DNA of 64,000 bases from Trichoplax sp. H2 (lineage: Eukaryota), in contig NOWV01000100.1 in assembly GCA_003344405.1 (NCBI GenBank), positions 186,001 to 250,000 on the forward strand, given 5' to 3'. Of the stretch, positions 1 to 13,800 are shown piece after piece; positions within the stretch are counted from its first letter, which is position 1; the number at the start of each line of letters is the position of its first letter. The notes under the pieces were generated by a model. It had not been told where the DNA came from. It did no database searches and saw only the letters and a list, made by a program, of their open reading frames with translations. A program made the position numbers and the translations under genes.

Positions 1-3000
1 ATTTAAAGTCTTACTTTATATTGATTAAGGAACACTGTTAAAATTGATTAAGATTAAAAGTAGTAGTCTTTAGAGCTGGAGTATAATTTTGCACCCGTTC
101 TCTTGCCATTAATACTGTTACTGGTAAGCGGACATAAAGTAGTTCAAAGTACAAAATGGGTGAAAGCTCTATCTGTAGCATTACGGAATTGGGAAGTTGG
201 GCGGAACAAATGTTACTTCAGTCATTTAGAGTAAATCTCTTATAATAGGCCTTTAGAAAGTTAAAAAAATCGACGCCATAATTCATTTTAATCATATAAC
301 GATACTTAGTAACTTGGTTCAATTTGTGCCATAGTTAGCGGTATAACAGTGACCGAATTTAGGAGACTGAATGCATTTAAGTAGTTCATAAACTGTCAAA
401 GTAGTTAAAAAGTGTCAAATGAACTGTCATGTTTTATTTGGCATCACCACTTACGTATCTATGCAAAGATAATATAACGCTATCACTTCATGTTTTTAAT
501 CTGGCTTTGCGATAGCTCGCTATACGTTTCTTCTCCCCTCACTGTATATCGTACCATTCTTCTATCCCCACTGAATTGAGAATAGCGTCGCTAGCATTTA
601 CTAATAAAATATAACTGACAATGTCACCCCTAGTCGTTAATCAATTTCCGGTAGCTATCGTGATTAATTACTTAACATTACAATAAAAGAGTCAATTTTT
701 GCGTCAATCTAAGCACTCGTATCCTGATATGATTACCCTATCCGATCACCTAATATTGATACTTTTGCCTATTTTAGGATTGACTTCTACAGAACCACAT
801 CAAGCAGTATAATTAGCGTACCAACTGTCGACTACTGTAACATTTATAGTTGTAGTATTAAAAATGGACAAAATCACACTTAAATCAATGGTAACAACGA
901 AGTATAAAGCAATTTTTGCTACGTGACTGGATAATTGTATTTCTTTTAGTGCGAACCAATTCAATTCTAAATTGCGTATGCTTAAAATATTTACGCAATT
1001 CTAATCTGTCATACCATTATTTTGTTTTGATTATAAGTCGCCATTTTAACCAGCATTTAAATGAATATGTCCGTGTAAATGGAGGTACGCAATTTTGATC
1101 GATGCTTTTCTCTAGGCGGACATTCTGACATTAGAAAAATGAAAAGAGAAATTTCGACAATAGACCTTGTTCATTATTCTATAAATTGTAGACTAAGGAT
1201 GACTAGTAAATCACCCTATTTATTTTAACCTCCAATCTAGCTCTTTACTAATTATTATGAAATTAACAAGTATCCTTGACATAACCATTCTTGCCACTGC
1301 TCCTTTTCTCTACCGGATCTTCAATACCTATATTACTTAAAATAATACAAGATAGCCTGTAAGCTATATGATAAAACTGAAAGCCTTTGATATACTTTGA
1401 AAAAAGGCTACCAACGAGTGTTTGATTTATGGTTCGTCCGGTAAGTTATATTTCCATAACATGAGAATACTAGAAGCCAGCAACCCAGTAAGATATCCAA
1501 AACTTTGGGATAGCTGAAATATTAAATTAAAATAGTTACTCACCAACTATTATATAAAATGAGACAATGGCTTACTTAAAATGAGATAATAGGTCACGAT
1601 AATCACGATATAAATAAATAGATATCACTTTGACATCGCCCATCTGTCAATACTACCCATCTCGTATATGCTAAATAGTGCAGAATATATCAAAGTATGT
1701 AATTGTTCTTGATATTGAAGGATATAAATAATTTATCACCGCTTTTATATTGATGTATGCGTCAATAAATAATCTATCACTGCAATCAATAAAGTAGATT
1801 TTCTAATTATTCCATATTACTATAAAAATCGAATAATGAAATATGTCACGCATAAAGGCTTGCTGGTCTGAATGTTATATTATCCTTTTACAGGTTATAA
1901 GACAATTTAATGTCAGTGAAATGGTTGTTTGACGCTACTATTGAACTATGACGATGTAATATTTCCTTCCTATAAATATAGGCTAATATTATGATTAATT
2001 ACTATTTTGGAACGATTTGTACATTGCCGTGAATACCACATCCTAACTTATATTAAATGAATCATTTTTCTAGTCAAAAAGGTAATGCGCTTACTTGCCT
2101 GTCACGGACTACTCTCCTGTCAAAAGATAAAGTTTAGTATTCTTCTCTTCTAATTTATATAAGTTACTACACTAACACTACCAATGCTATCTTATTCGTG
2201 AAAACTACAAAATCGGTTAACAATGAGCGAATTCCACAATTACGTACAAGTTAATAATATAATTAAAGTTTAGTCAACCTAACCTATGTTGGCAGAAATC
2301 TACTAAAACACAAGTACTTAATCTATAGTACTATTCTTGGTGTATTTGTACCGTGACATTACCAGAAAGATATTTATTACTATCTTCATTTACTGTACAG
2401 TAGACTATTTTTTGAATTAAAGTGAAAATAATCCTCTTACCAAGAAAAATCGAGCGTAAATTGTATATAAACTACTTTCAATGATAACATTTTCAGGAAA
2501 CTTCGAGGTGTTATAGCATTATAACGGCTGTAAATTATTCTCAGCTTTAGAATCCATTACGTTAAAATTTGTGAACACGTCTCAATCAAATAATATTGGA
2601 TTATTATGAAGTTATAGGGAGTACGGTAGTATCTGTAAAAATGTTAATACGATAAACTAATCTGATTAAACTTCTAACTTTCACCTCAAAAATTCGCGCG
2701 CAAGTACCTACCCTTGTAAGCCACAACGACACTACGCAATTGAAAATTTTCTTGCCTACGGCAAACTAATTCCTACAATTAAATATTGGGTCATTTTAAG
2801 AAATCGGATTTGATCATCACAACGAGATTACCTTCCTTGTCAGTTTTTACCAGAGCTAATCTTCTGGCATTTAATTACGAATTCAGCTTTTCCAATATTT
2901 CTTTCTAGTACAATGCAAAATTACTTCCGTAGCATATTATACAATCTTTCAAAGTATTATATATTCTATAATATTATACCTATCGAATAAAATGATCTAA

Positions 3001-6000
3001 AGGTATAATTTTGATAGAACATCACTAATACTACTCTTAACGCTTTTCAGTATTCTTCATTTTTAAATTGTTGACGCAAATCATGATCATTAGCAAAACT
3101 ATCATTTACCAGGTAATTGATGATGTGTCTTATAGAATAAAAGATGTTAGTCAGTCATGTTTCCTTAAGTCAAGAAAATATGAGATAAGAATGATATTCG
3201 TCTGTATTAAGGTTAATTGGGTAAGAAACTGTTGATTCTAAATTGGAGCCTTTCATTCTTAACGGTCAATGAAATTAAGACATGTTAACAATTGACTGCG
3301 ACATAGCACGTGCAATGATCATCTTGTAGACATTCATTTGACAGTAAACAATTTACTACATTCTATAATTGCGTGTCAATTTTACTTGTAATTGTCCACT
3401 GCTCAATTTCATCATGAGTTCGCATTATCAATATTGGTTATTTTTGTTTGTATTTTCTTAATTTTTGATTACAATTAAAACCCACGCATTCTTGACTGAT
3501 TGCGTAGTATTTAAATCTTGCAATATCATCCAAATACAGTAATGAAATGTAGATTTACCGTTTAAATAAGTGATTATTCTATAGTCCATTAGTTTTTAAC
3601 AAAAATATAGTACTATTTCTATCCCTAGTGTGAACTAGTCGCACGATAGTTAGTCACCCAATATAGCGGGTTAAAAAGTGTTTATTACTTAATAAAATTA
3701 TTGTGCAATATTACTGCAATAGAAATAAGTTTAGGTAAATTACACAAAGCTAGCTTTCGGGCTAGCCGTTGAACTCCCTTCTAAAAGAGTCAACCGTTCT
3801 TTTTATCCTCTATCTTTAATTTTTGCCCATTACTGCAACATTTATCTATCTCATGATTTATGATTTAACACAGAAAGTAAAATAAGACAATCCAAAAGTT
3901 ATGTTATTATCAATCAATATCAAGTCGGGCGTAAATAAATACGGACGTTCGCGGTAATATTAAGATATCGACTGATAATGCGGTATAGGCAATCCGATTT
4001 ACTACAACACCAACTCCTAGATGAAGTAACCACTATCACATCGATTTATTTATATGAATAGCATCAGTAATTTTATCATCGGCAATAAAATTCTATTATT
4101 TGTAAAATAACAACAATAAATTATCCAATAATATAATGCGTCAGCGATTACTAATATTTTATTTAAATGCTAGATTTTATTTTATACATTAATTTTGAAA
4201 GGCATGTGTTGTGAAATTGTGTAGGTTAGATTGCACTTTATCTTTTGCAATGCTTTATAGTACAGTAGTATTAAATTTAGACCGGAATTCCTTGCTCTAC
4301 GAGTACTCGTATTTTGTGCCGAAGAACCACCAACATTGGCGGAAGCCTTTGAAAGAGAAGATATAATTTCCTTTTACTTTTCTATTCATTTTAAGTAGCA
4401 GCCCTTGCTTTCAAGCAGTTTCCTCCTACTGTTGTAAGCTAAAATCTTGTATGGCAATGCCAAATGATCATGTAATCATGGTTAAGATTTTATTTGGTCT
4501 ATAAGTGAAAATATTGTTGTAGGGTATAGTTCATCTTTCTCCTATTAACTTCAATACAATAAGATATTAAAACTTTATAATATGACCAATTACTATTCGT
4601 ATTTATTTTCAGTTTTAAAATATCAGTCATTGTCAAAAATATATGGCTAACATCTGATTATCTTAAATTAAAAGTTAATCCAAGAATTACCAAGACAAGG
4701 CTATTGATCCTTGCAAATACTATTAAATCATAAGTGGAAGATTTCATTGGATGTAGCTTATTCATAAATGAAATCGTATTCAAATTTATGACTATATTAC
4801 TGCGTAACACCTTCGTTATTATATATCATAACTAAAACATTGACATTACAATTAGAAGACTTATCATATTAATTCAGATTCATGGCTAATCTAGTAAATT
4901 CTTAAAAGACAAAATGATGTTAAACCAGCATTGAATGTATTTTACTTGCAAAGTTATATCGAATCTACAGCGCTCTATAAACTATAAGAAATGCCCATTT
5001 CTACAGCAACGAAACAGGAAAAAATCTTTTTTTAGACAGTAGGTATAATATTTAGAAGTTTTAATAAAAAGCAATCCCATACTCTTATCCTTAGAAAAAC
5101 ACTACAAAGGAAGTTCACTTTATTTGTAATGATCGTACTTCAAAATAACATTCATAGCAATGTTTTATTTTAAATGTTATTCAACTCTAAGGATAAAAGA
5201 TCTTGATAGGCATAATGCGCACATGCCATAATTTACAGATATTACTAAATCTTGAGAAAATATTTCTAGCTAGAATTGTGGTATTGATACTCTAGCCATG
5301 TATAGCTAATATTTTAAGGTTATAATTCACTAATTGAGACAAAGAAATTGATTATTTTCGACATGAGACTTTGAATCAATTATTATGCACACTAGTACAT
5401 CGATGCAAAATTCAGTACTGTGACAAGGATAATTTGAAAAAGCTTTCTGATCTAGACAACATAACACAAGATAAACTGGAACAGAGACGATGCCTTCCGT
5501 TAGGAAGTTATACTTGTACATATCACGCGAGCTTTATACCTGCGTATTACAGAAATTCACATTAACTTATTGAATAGGCAATCAAGATAAATTTACGAGA
5601 ATAAATTATTTTAATCGTAAATAATATAAAGCACCAAATAACGGAACTATTTTACGTTTATCCTATCACAAATAGTATAAAATAGAAATTATCAATTGAA
5701 TTGCTGAGTTGATTGATTGATCGATAATTATAATTAACTAAATCGATTATAAATTTACTGTGCCCGGTACTAGTTTATCAACGATATTCAAGTCCATGAC
5801 TAGATTATATCTGCGATATCAAGTACATCCTGACTGTTTCCACTAGGAAGAGCTGATAATAGAAGATAATGCGATATGAGTACTTTTAATCATAGCATGT
5901 TCAGTCCACATCAAGGTTAGGTTAGTTTTAATTAGCGCAGACAAATAAATATACAATAGTTGCTAATAGCATTTATGTCTTATTATTCTAAATTTACATT

Positions 6001-8874
6001 TATATATGGCGATTCTTCATCGCTACTACCATTCAGGAATAAAATTGTCTATTACATGTACGAATTAATTACTGATACCTGATTAAAGGTCAATAATTTT
6101 AAAAATGATTTTAGCTTCATGTTGATTTATCTTAAACCAATCTATTTCCTAGTAAAGTCTAAAATCATTTACAAAAAGATAACGCAATCTACAACTGAAT
6201 AGGAATTATATTGTAATCATTCTTAATTGCCCACTGTCATTCTTCATTCTGAAAATAGTACACCCACATCTTAGGTTTAGAATATTCTAGATGCAATCTG
6301 AAAAATAAACTTTTTTGTCTAGGCTATTTTCGACAATCTTTGGTAGCTCCTTCAAGATAGCCAGATCTTGACATGATGTCTAATTTTGTAAAGATCTTTT
6401 TTTATAAGTATGTTACTATATTAAATACAAGGCTGGGATTAATTCCTTAATGAAGTGTTGTTTCTCCAAGTGTAGTAGTGCATTTCTATCTTCTAGTTAT
6501 ATTAATAGCAGACTTTATGTTATTGATAACGAAAGTAATCTGAGACTTTAAGATAATTTATTTGGCAGGAATGCGTGCATGATCCACTTTTACTACCGTA
6601 TATAGGATAAATCAACTGATGAATCAATACCTTTTGCACTCTCATTAATCTCATATTCTTATTGACAATAAGCATTACCATGACATCTTTTCATGCTTGT
6701 ACGGAAATTAAATATGATCTAAGACGAAAACAGATAACCGAATATACTAGTGTCCTTACATTCAATGAGATCAGATTTTATAATAGATGACATTGCTTAT
6801 CAAAATGATCTAAGACACCCACTAAATAAGAATGATAACTTTAAAATATATTTACAGGCCATATGCATGTAACCTAGCATTAAAACTTTATGATTGATAT
6901 CTATTATTTCAATCGTAATAAGTAAATATAGAAAAGTAAATTAATTGAATTCAGAATATACATTAAATTATTGTATGAACATCTCGTTAAACTTGTACAG
7001 TAGTTTTCTATCCTTACGAATATCCTTTAAATACCGCTGGTTTTTAAACACCAAAAATAAACATAAAATAATGCATGGAAAAGATTGAATGCTTTTAAAT
7101 GTAACAGAATGAGCTATATTAAATAAAAAAACGATTACTGCAAGATAAAATAAATATAGATTCAGGAATTTTATTTAGTTCCATCAATACTGAGACGTCA
7201 TCATATTGATAGTCGAACTGCTGATGAAAAACAATACCCAAATCAATGCTGATCGATCTGCTAACGTGAGATGGTTAAATCAGAAAGCAATAATTATTGA
7301 TGATGGTCGCATCAGATCGTTTTATAATGACAACAAAATTTTTAATAATCTTAAATTTATGAATCCCACGGTATGAATCATTTTATGCCAATAAAACGTC
7401 TTGATTATTAATAATTATTAATCGATTATATGCGATGTTACGATCGAACAAAGATAGAGCATTTCAAATCAAATTTTCTACCTTGCTTGTTTGTAAGAAT
7501 TATGCAATTTTATCTTACTCTATTATTATCCAGCTGTGCTTCGTGGAAAAAGGCAGATAAATAGAATAGAGACGATAGCATCGTGGATATCCAGATAATA
7601 ACTGGCATTATTGAGTTAGTTAAAGTTCAACATTGCGTGCGTTTACACGATAAACAACTCTTAAGGAGCATGTCTGTTTTGTAATACTTTACTTCAATAG
7701 TTATTAAGCTAATTTTGATACCTATATATACTTAATCATCTATTATACCATTTTGTGTCTTATTGATATTAAAATAATTTAATTCTTGAATAGATTCATC
7801 GATTTGATATTATCGTCGTCATTTTTTTGTTTAATCAATCAGAGTCAATTTTTTTAAACTGACGTTTTCAAATTATGTAACGGTTGTCCAGGTGTCATAT
7901 TCTGGTAATAAAATGATATTATCGCTGCAAGTTGGAGCTATTTCATGGTATTATATTGTATCATGCTATAGTTATTCAAGTATTGACCAAGTGTTGATAT
8001 TAAAATCAATTATGATTGACGTCAATACATTAATTACGACGAAAATTTTCGTATCAATGGACTAGAAAATTCTGGAAAATTTTTGCGCCAAGCGCTATTT
8101 TGAAAGACAGTTCTTTTGTTTTTTTTTGGCATCATATTATCAACGGAGCAATAACTATTCATATAAAGTATTGCTTAATTTTAAATTAATTAGACAACTG
8201 AAAAAATCAGACTTTATACTAATATTGAGGTATGATTACAAAAGATACACCAAAAATCTGATGATACTTCAAATTGTCATTACAATATTAATTACTTTCA
8301 TCTGAACAACATAAAATAAATGATTATTTATATATATATATATATCTTTCCTAATGCATATATTATTTTAACGGAAAAAGTAATAAAATAATAAAAATTG
8401 AAGAGAGTAACCTTAATGCCAATTCACACCTAATTTTAATTCACATATTATCTATCACAATCTAAATTTAAAACAAGTATTCATTTACTACAACAAGTAT
8501 AGTCATATTTTGAACTTTTGAACTGGAAAAAGAACGTGAAGTACAATCGATAAAATATAATATACTGTAAAGGTAGAAAATAAGGTTAAAATAATTTTCG
8601 AATAATGATGGATGGAATGTACTACAGACGCTATTGATATATTATTGACAAGTATTCTAGAGATATTCAGTACGTTTGAATACCTTGTCAATATTGCATT
8701 ACTTGAATAGATGAGGTATAGAAAAACAATAACAAGCATTATTTTGCATTGTATTAACAATTGTATATAAAGTGCTGTAAAAATTAGAAGTATTGCAGAT
8801 AAATTTGAAAAAATAGTTTGACCATTTTGAATATTTCTGATAGCTATCCAACTCTAGTTTCAACTGATACAATC

Positions 8875-10839
8875 ATGCAAACACTGAGGCCTCTTGATTT
8901 GCATCTGGCTATGCCAATGATATTATTCTTGTTATATCTTACGGCAATGGATATCCAAAGGTTAGATGGAGCTGCAATTTGGAATAACAACACTATTTCT
9001 ACAACCAAATTAAAGCAATTGAAATGGATTGATGCATCACTGGAATGGACACGAAAGAGAAATTGTTCAAATGAATTGAATCAAAAATTGTGTAGGCATA
9101 TCTCTAATCGAGATAAGACACAAATGAATATCTATATGGCTGTATCCAAGCATAAGAAGGACAAATTAAAAATTATACTGTCTGAAAAGATATTTCGCAA
9201 GCAAAAATATGTAGCTGATGCCGTTATCGCTATTGACGTATTCCCTGAGTTAGCATTTGGCCATCCGGTCTACGTTTATGCTGTTAAGCGCTCACAAAAT
9301 CGTGAAAAGTGCCAAGAACGATTAGGTAAATATGTAGATAATGAAGATTGCATATTTGCTGTTAAATTATTCCATCACAAAATCGATTCCATGATTGAAA
9401 CCTTACCCAGAGTATATGCTGGAAGTGATAATTCGTATAAGCAAATGCTAACCTGCCAATCAGAAATGGCTGGCTTTGCTTCGTGTCAATCAAGAATGAA
9501 TTATCACCATAAATGGAACAATGTTGCAAGCGCAATGCAATCATATCCTCCTATCAAATTTAAATCATGTGGGACTAATAAAACTGAATCGATTGCAATC
9601 TTAATCAGTGGTTTTTGGAATAACCAAATGTCCTCTCCACGATATCAGGATAATATCATCAAGCTACGAAATAACCTGTTAAATTTAGGTTACCGAAAAG
9701 ACAACATTATTACATTTTTTGCAGGTAAATCTCTCATTTTTTTTATAATTCTATACGTCATTTGCAACTACCTTTACCTAAACTAGTACATTATAGGGAG
9801 TATAATCGTTATTATATTTAGATTCATGTATCAGTAAATCTACTTAGCAGTTCGTATAGATAATAATCACCTCTCTATATGCAACATTACTTCTTAAAAT
9901 AAAAACTGAGTTTAAAATTAGTATTACTGAATTATGATAATAAATAGAGAATATTTTTATTTATTCTGCTAAGATTGATTTGTAATAAAAATATATTTTA
10001 ATATTGATTTCCCGTCTAAATTGCACATCTATATTCATCCATTATTAAGATTGTGCATATGATATCATCATAATACTATGCTGTACGTATATTGAGCTAT
10101 TATTACAACCGCACAATTAATAATGATTAAAATACCCGAGATACTCAATATAAATAAGTTAGACTGTGACTGACATTCTACCTTATACATTTTCACTTTT
10201 ACTCTCTTTCATAGGTGGAGATAAGCAACTTGATTTTATACCAGCTGTTATGGATTTGCAAATTGTTCGATCTATTCGTGAAGCGTGCAAATGCAGTAGT
10301 CGTTCATTGTTTTTGTATTTAAATAGTCCAACAGTCAATTTCAATAAATTGTTACTATTGGATATTGAAAATAATGGCTTTGCAGAATATTACCAGACTT
10401 TACCCTATAAGCAAATCGTTAATGAACTAAGAAGGTGCTCAGCAAAAAATAAAATTATTGTCGTTGATCAATCTCATAGCAATCAATTCGTGAATAAAAT
10501 TAAGGATCAGCATGTTAAAGGAGCTATTGTAGTTGGATCAGCAGACTTTATGAACTATAGTTACGGCTATAAATTAACCCGGCATTTCATTCAAGCTCAT
10601 TCTAGCCATTGTATAGGGGATATTATAAATGTAAGTACAGTAAATTACGTAGATTTATTAAATAATTGTCAAAAGAAATCCCATTTCCTTTCTATTGATG
10701 GCTTTCCATATATAATAACTTTCAGGAAGCAGCAAATTCTACCAATGGTGTTACTCATATAGCTGAAGACGCTAAGCCCTTCGAGTATAACCTCTACGGA
10801 TCTAATTGCATCACTAAAAGCTTAGAAACAAAAAAATAA
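8875..10839 (+). CDS. Probably secreted ~459-aa protein with a C-terminal clan CD (peptidase C13/legumain-like) domain, predicted catalytically inactive. Exons 8875-9724, 10215-10630, 10726-10839
   Basis: Two long ORFs join through GT-AG introns with consistent phase (GCA G|gtaaat...atag|GT GGA; AAT|gtaagt...ttcag|GAA), ending at TAA 10837-10839. N-terminal hydrophobic stretch (MPMILFLLYLTA). Motifs AILISG..RYQDN..L..LGYRKDNIITFF, LFLYLNSP and IIVVDQSHSNQF follow the order of C13 strands (AVLVAG..R..D, VFIYFTDHG, FYIEACESG). The exon model is firmer than the family call. Confidence 0.7.
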
Positions 10840-13800
10840 AAATTTTCAAATGCTGAAAGATTTCTTTTTATATCAATTGCATAATCATTAAACGATGTAT
10901 CATACTACTAAACCTAATATTGATAAAAATTTTAATATGCATTTGGAACTAACAGAATCTAATATTAAGGGATTAATCTATAGCTACGGCATACTTATGA
11001 CAACAACTATTACGAAACATCAGTAGAAGTGATCTCTGATGATCTAATAATGGTGCAGTGTTAAGAGCAGATGCAAGTTACAAATTGAAATGTATTGTTA
11101 ATTCAAATTTATTCTTACCTATTACATAAAAATTTCAAGTAATTGTTAATTTACTTTACGATTCTCTACTTAAATATCTTACATTATACTGATAAAGCCC
11201 TCAGTGCTGATAATTAGCCTTTTAATATCTTTGTAAAGAATTTGTTTTATCCAATGGAATTTTATAATAGAAACTAGAAACTAATTTATAACTATAGTAA
11301 ACCTATATTGACAGAATAATTTGTAACACGATTTAACATCACACTGTTTTAACATTTTCAATATTTAAGCAATATGTCAACCGACTCGTTCAATCTACAC
11401 CACATTTATTCTATAATTAATAAATAAATTTATATCATGGGCTTGTTGTGGATGATCATTCTAAAGTAAACGTAAAATCCTAAAATCTCTGTTTGCTGTA
11501 TTCAATCACTGAGACAATAAAATTCGATAGAAATGATCATTTCGAACTATTTATTTTTTCGTTTTAAGCAACATCAATTTTGAAGTATTTTAGCGATATT
11601 AGACACTATTTATTTTAGCAGACTTTCAGTTCTTTGTATATAACGTATAAATTGTCTTCGTTTTTGCTATTGTTAAAAATGCCAGCAAAATACCCGACAG
11701 AATATGTCAATATCAACTTCCAATGTAAATCAAGTTATTTTACTTAGCAACGCAAATGATGATAAAATGTATATACACTCGTACATAGGTACTTCATATC
11801 AACATTGAGATTTGTAATAACCAATGTCAAGGTCAGTATTATATCATCTTTAGAATAAAACAATGTTCATTTCGGCATGGGCGCCATTTATGTAAGTGCC
11901 CTCTAGTAGAATACTTATTTCTGCAGCCATGTGACATACAGCAGAGAATTAAATTGTACAGCAACAGTATGATTCTTTACTAAACTATTCCTGAGTCGAA
12001 TTTGTCCAGGAAATAAATTAGATCAAGGTGCACTGATAGAAAATAAATCTAATATGCTTTAAAGGTTTATTATTAATACAAATAGGTTGACAACCTTATG
12101 ATTGGACCGTTAGGTATAAATCAATTTTTAGACTGCTGTATTTGATTTCACTCATTGTAAACGATTAGTTGTCCATTGGAATTGATGGTGACAACAGCAA
12201 AATTATTATCGAAAAATGAAAATAACTTCTACTGTTTTGAAGGGATTATGATGTTCCACATCATTTCAAGTAGACAATCCTAATTGATCAATGAAAATAA
12301 CCAACAATACAATTAAACAATGACCAAGTAATAATTGTCATATATTAATTAGCCTTTCTAGTTACCGTTTAATTAATCTCTAGCAAAAGCAAGTTCATGG
12401 TCACGGATAACACGTCCGCAGCTAGGACAATTCACGGTAACAGACGCTAACATTCGAGACTAAAATGAAAAAATTTAGAGCAATGATATAACCACTACAT
12501 AAGTCTTTAGGTAATAGCAGAAAATTTTAATATAGCAACATATTTATAACTATGCAAGTGAACACCTTGTAATTAGCTTACCTTGATACAATAATAACAG
12601 AAGCGATGACCGCAAGACGCTTGATAGATATTGCAAGGAATTTCACCACAAAATGCACAGTCTGTACTCTTAATAGAACTTTTAGGAGATAATTCACTCC
12701 AAAGTAATTGCTTAAAGAACATTTTAGTTTGATAGATGTTAACTAAAGGCAATACAAATGCTAAAAATTCCTAAAAAAGAGAAATATATATATTGATAAA
12801 AATTGCTTTGATCGTTAAATTTCAAATATTGAGACATTGTACAGCAATGAACGATTAAATTTTGATAAAAAATAATTTATTAAACACTTAACGGTGATTC
12901 CATTCCAAAGTAAAGCCCTATTCATGTATTCGAAACTTATCTGATGCACAAATAGTAATCCACATTAGTGCTAAAAATAGGTGTTTAATCTTACAGCAAG
13001 ATTAGCTATAAAACGTAGAAAGATGTAATACAGTTGTTATTACTTGTCTCAAGGACTGTGGATTAGAATATTCAGGATGTATACTTAATATTCTTTCTAA
13101 TAAATTTTTATACCTATCAAATAGAAACAAGTAATTATTACATATCCACCAAGTACAGTAAATGCTGAAACAATATTGAAAGTCTAGCTATTCAGATTTA
13201 AAGTAAAGGTATATTCTTGAATTAATATACCATTACATTTTGTTCCTATATTATTTACTATCTCATAGGTTATGATATTGTATAGAAAGTATTCTTCCAC
13301 AAAGATACAGAAGTAATAAAGTACTAAAATTGTCCATTTATCTTCAAACTTAAGCGTATAAATGGTAATGTTATCTTTAATGAGTACAATTGTAATCTTT
13401 TATTTAATATTCTTCTATCGCTAAGAAGAATCATTTGTATTACTATAATATGTCGATCTGATACACATACCGTAATATAATGTAATCGTGATCACACGCT
13501 ATCTGTTTTCATAATTTATTAATATTTCCGAAGACGGATACTATTTCAGTAAGTATTTTGAGATAAAGTATATCTGCAAAGACAGCATCAAGGGTGTAAT
13601 GATCGATTTTAAGGTGCATGATGTGCATCTTTGTTTTTCAAATACTGAAATATTCAAGAGTTCATAATGTACTAAAATTATTCAGTTTACCTTCCAGTTT
13701 GCAAAAACGAAAAAAAATTAGCTAATGACCCAATTGTCAAAATATTATCCAATAGTGCGATACCCCTTACAACCTGCCGAATGTTAGTCAAAAAAGAATT

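Noticed and set aside
1-8800. Short ORFs (916-1098, 5330-5565, 8503-8760) and a GC-richer patch near 4280-4360
   Set aside because: No recognisable motifs and no consistent splice chain; expected by chance in AT-rich DNA
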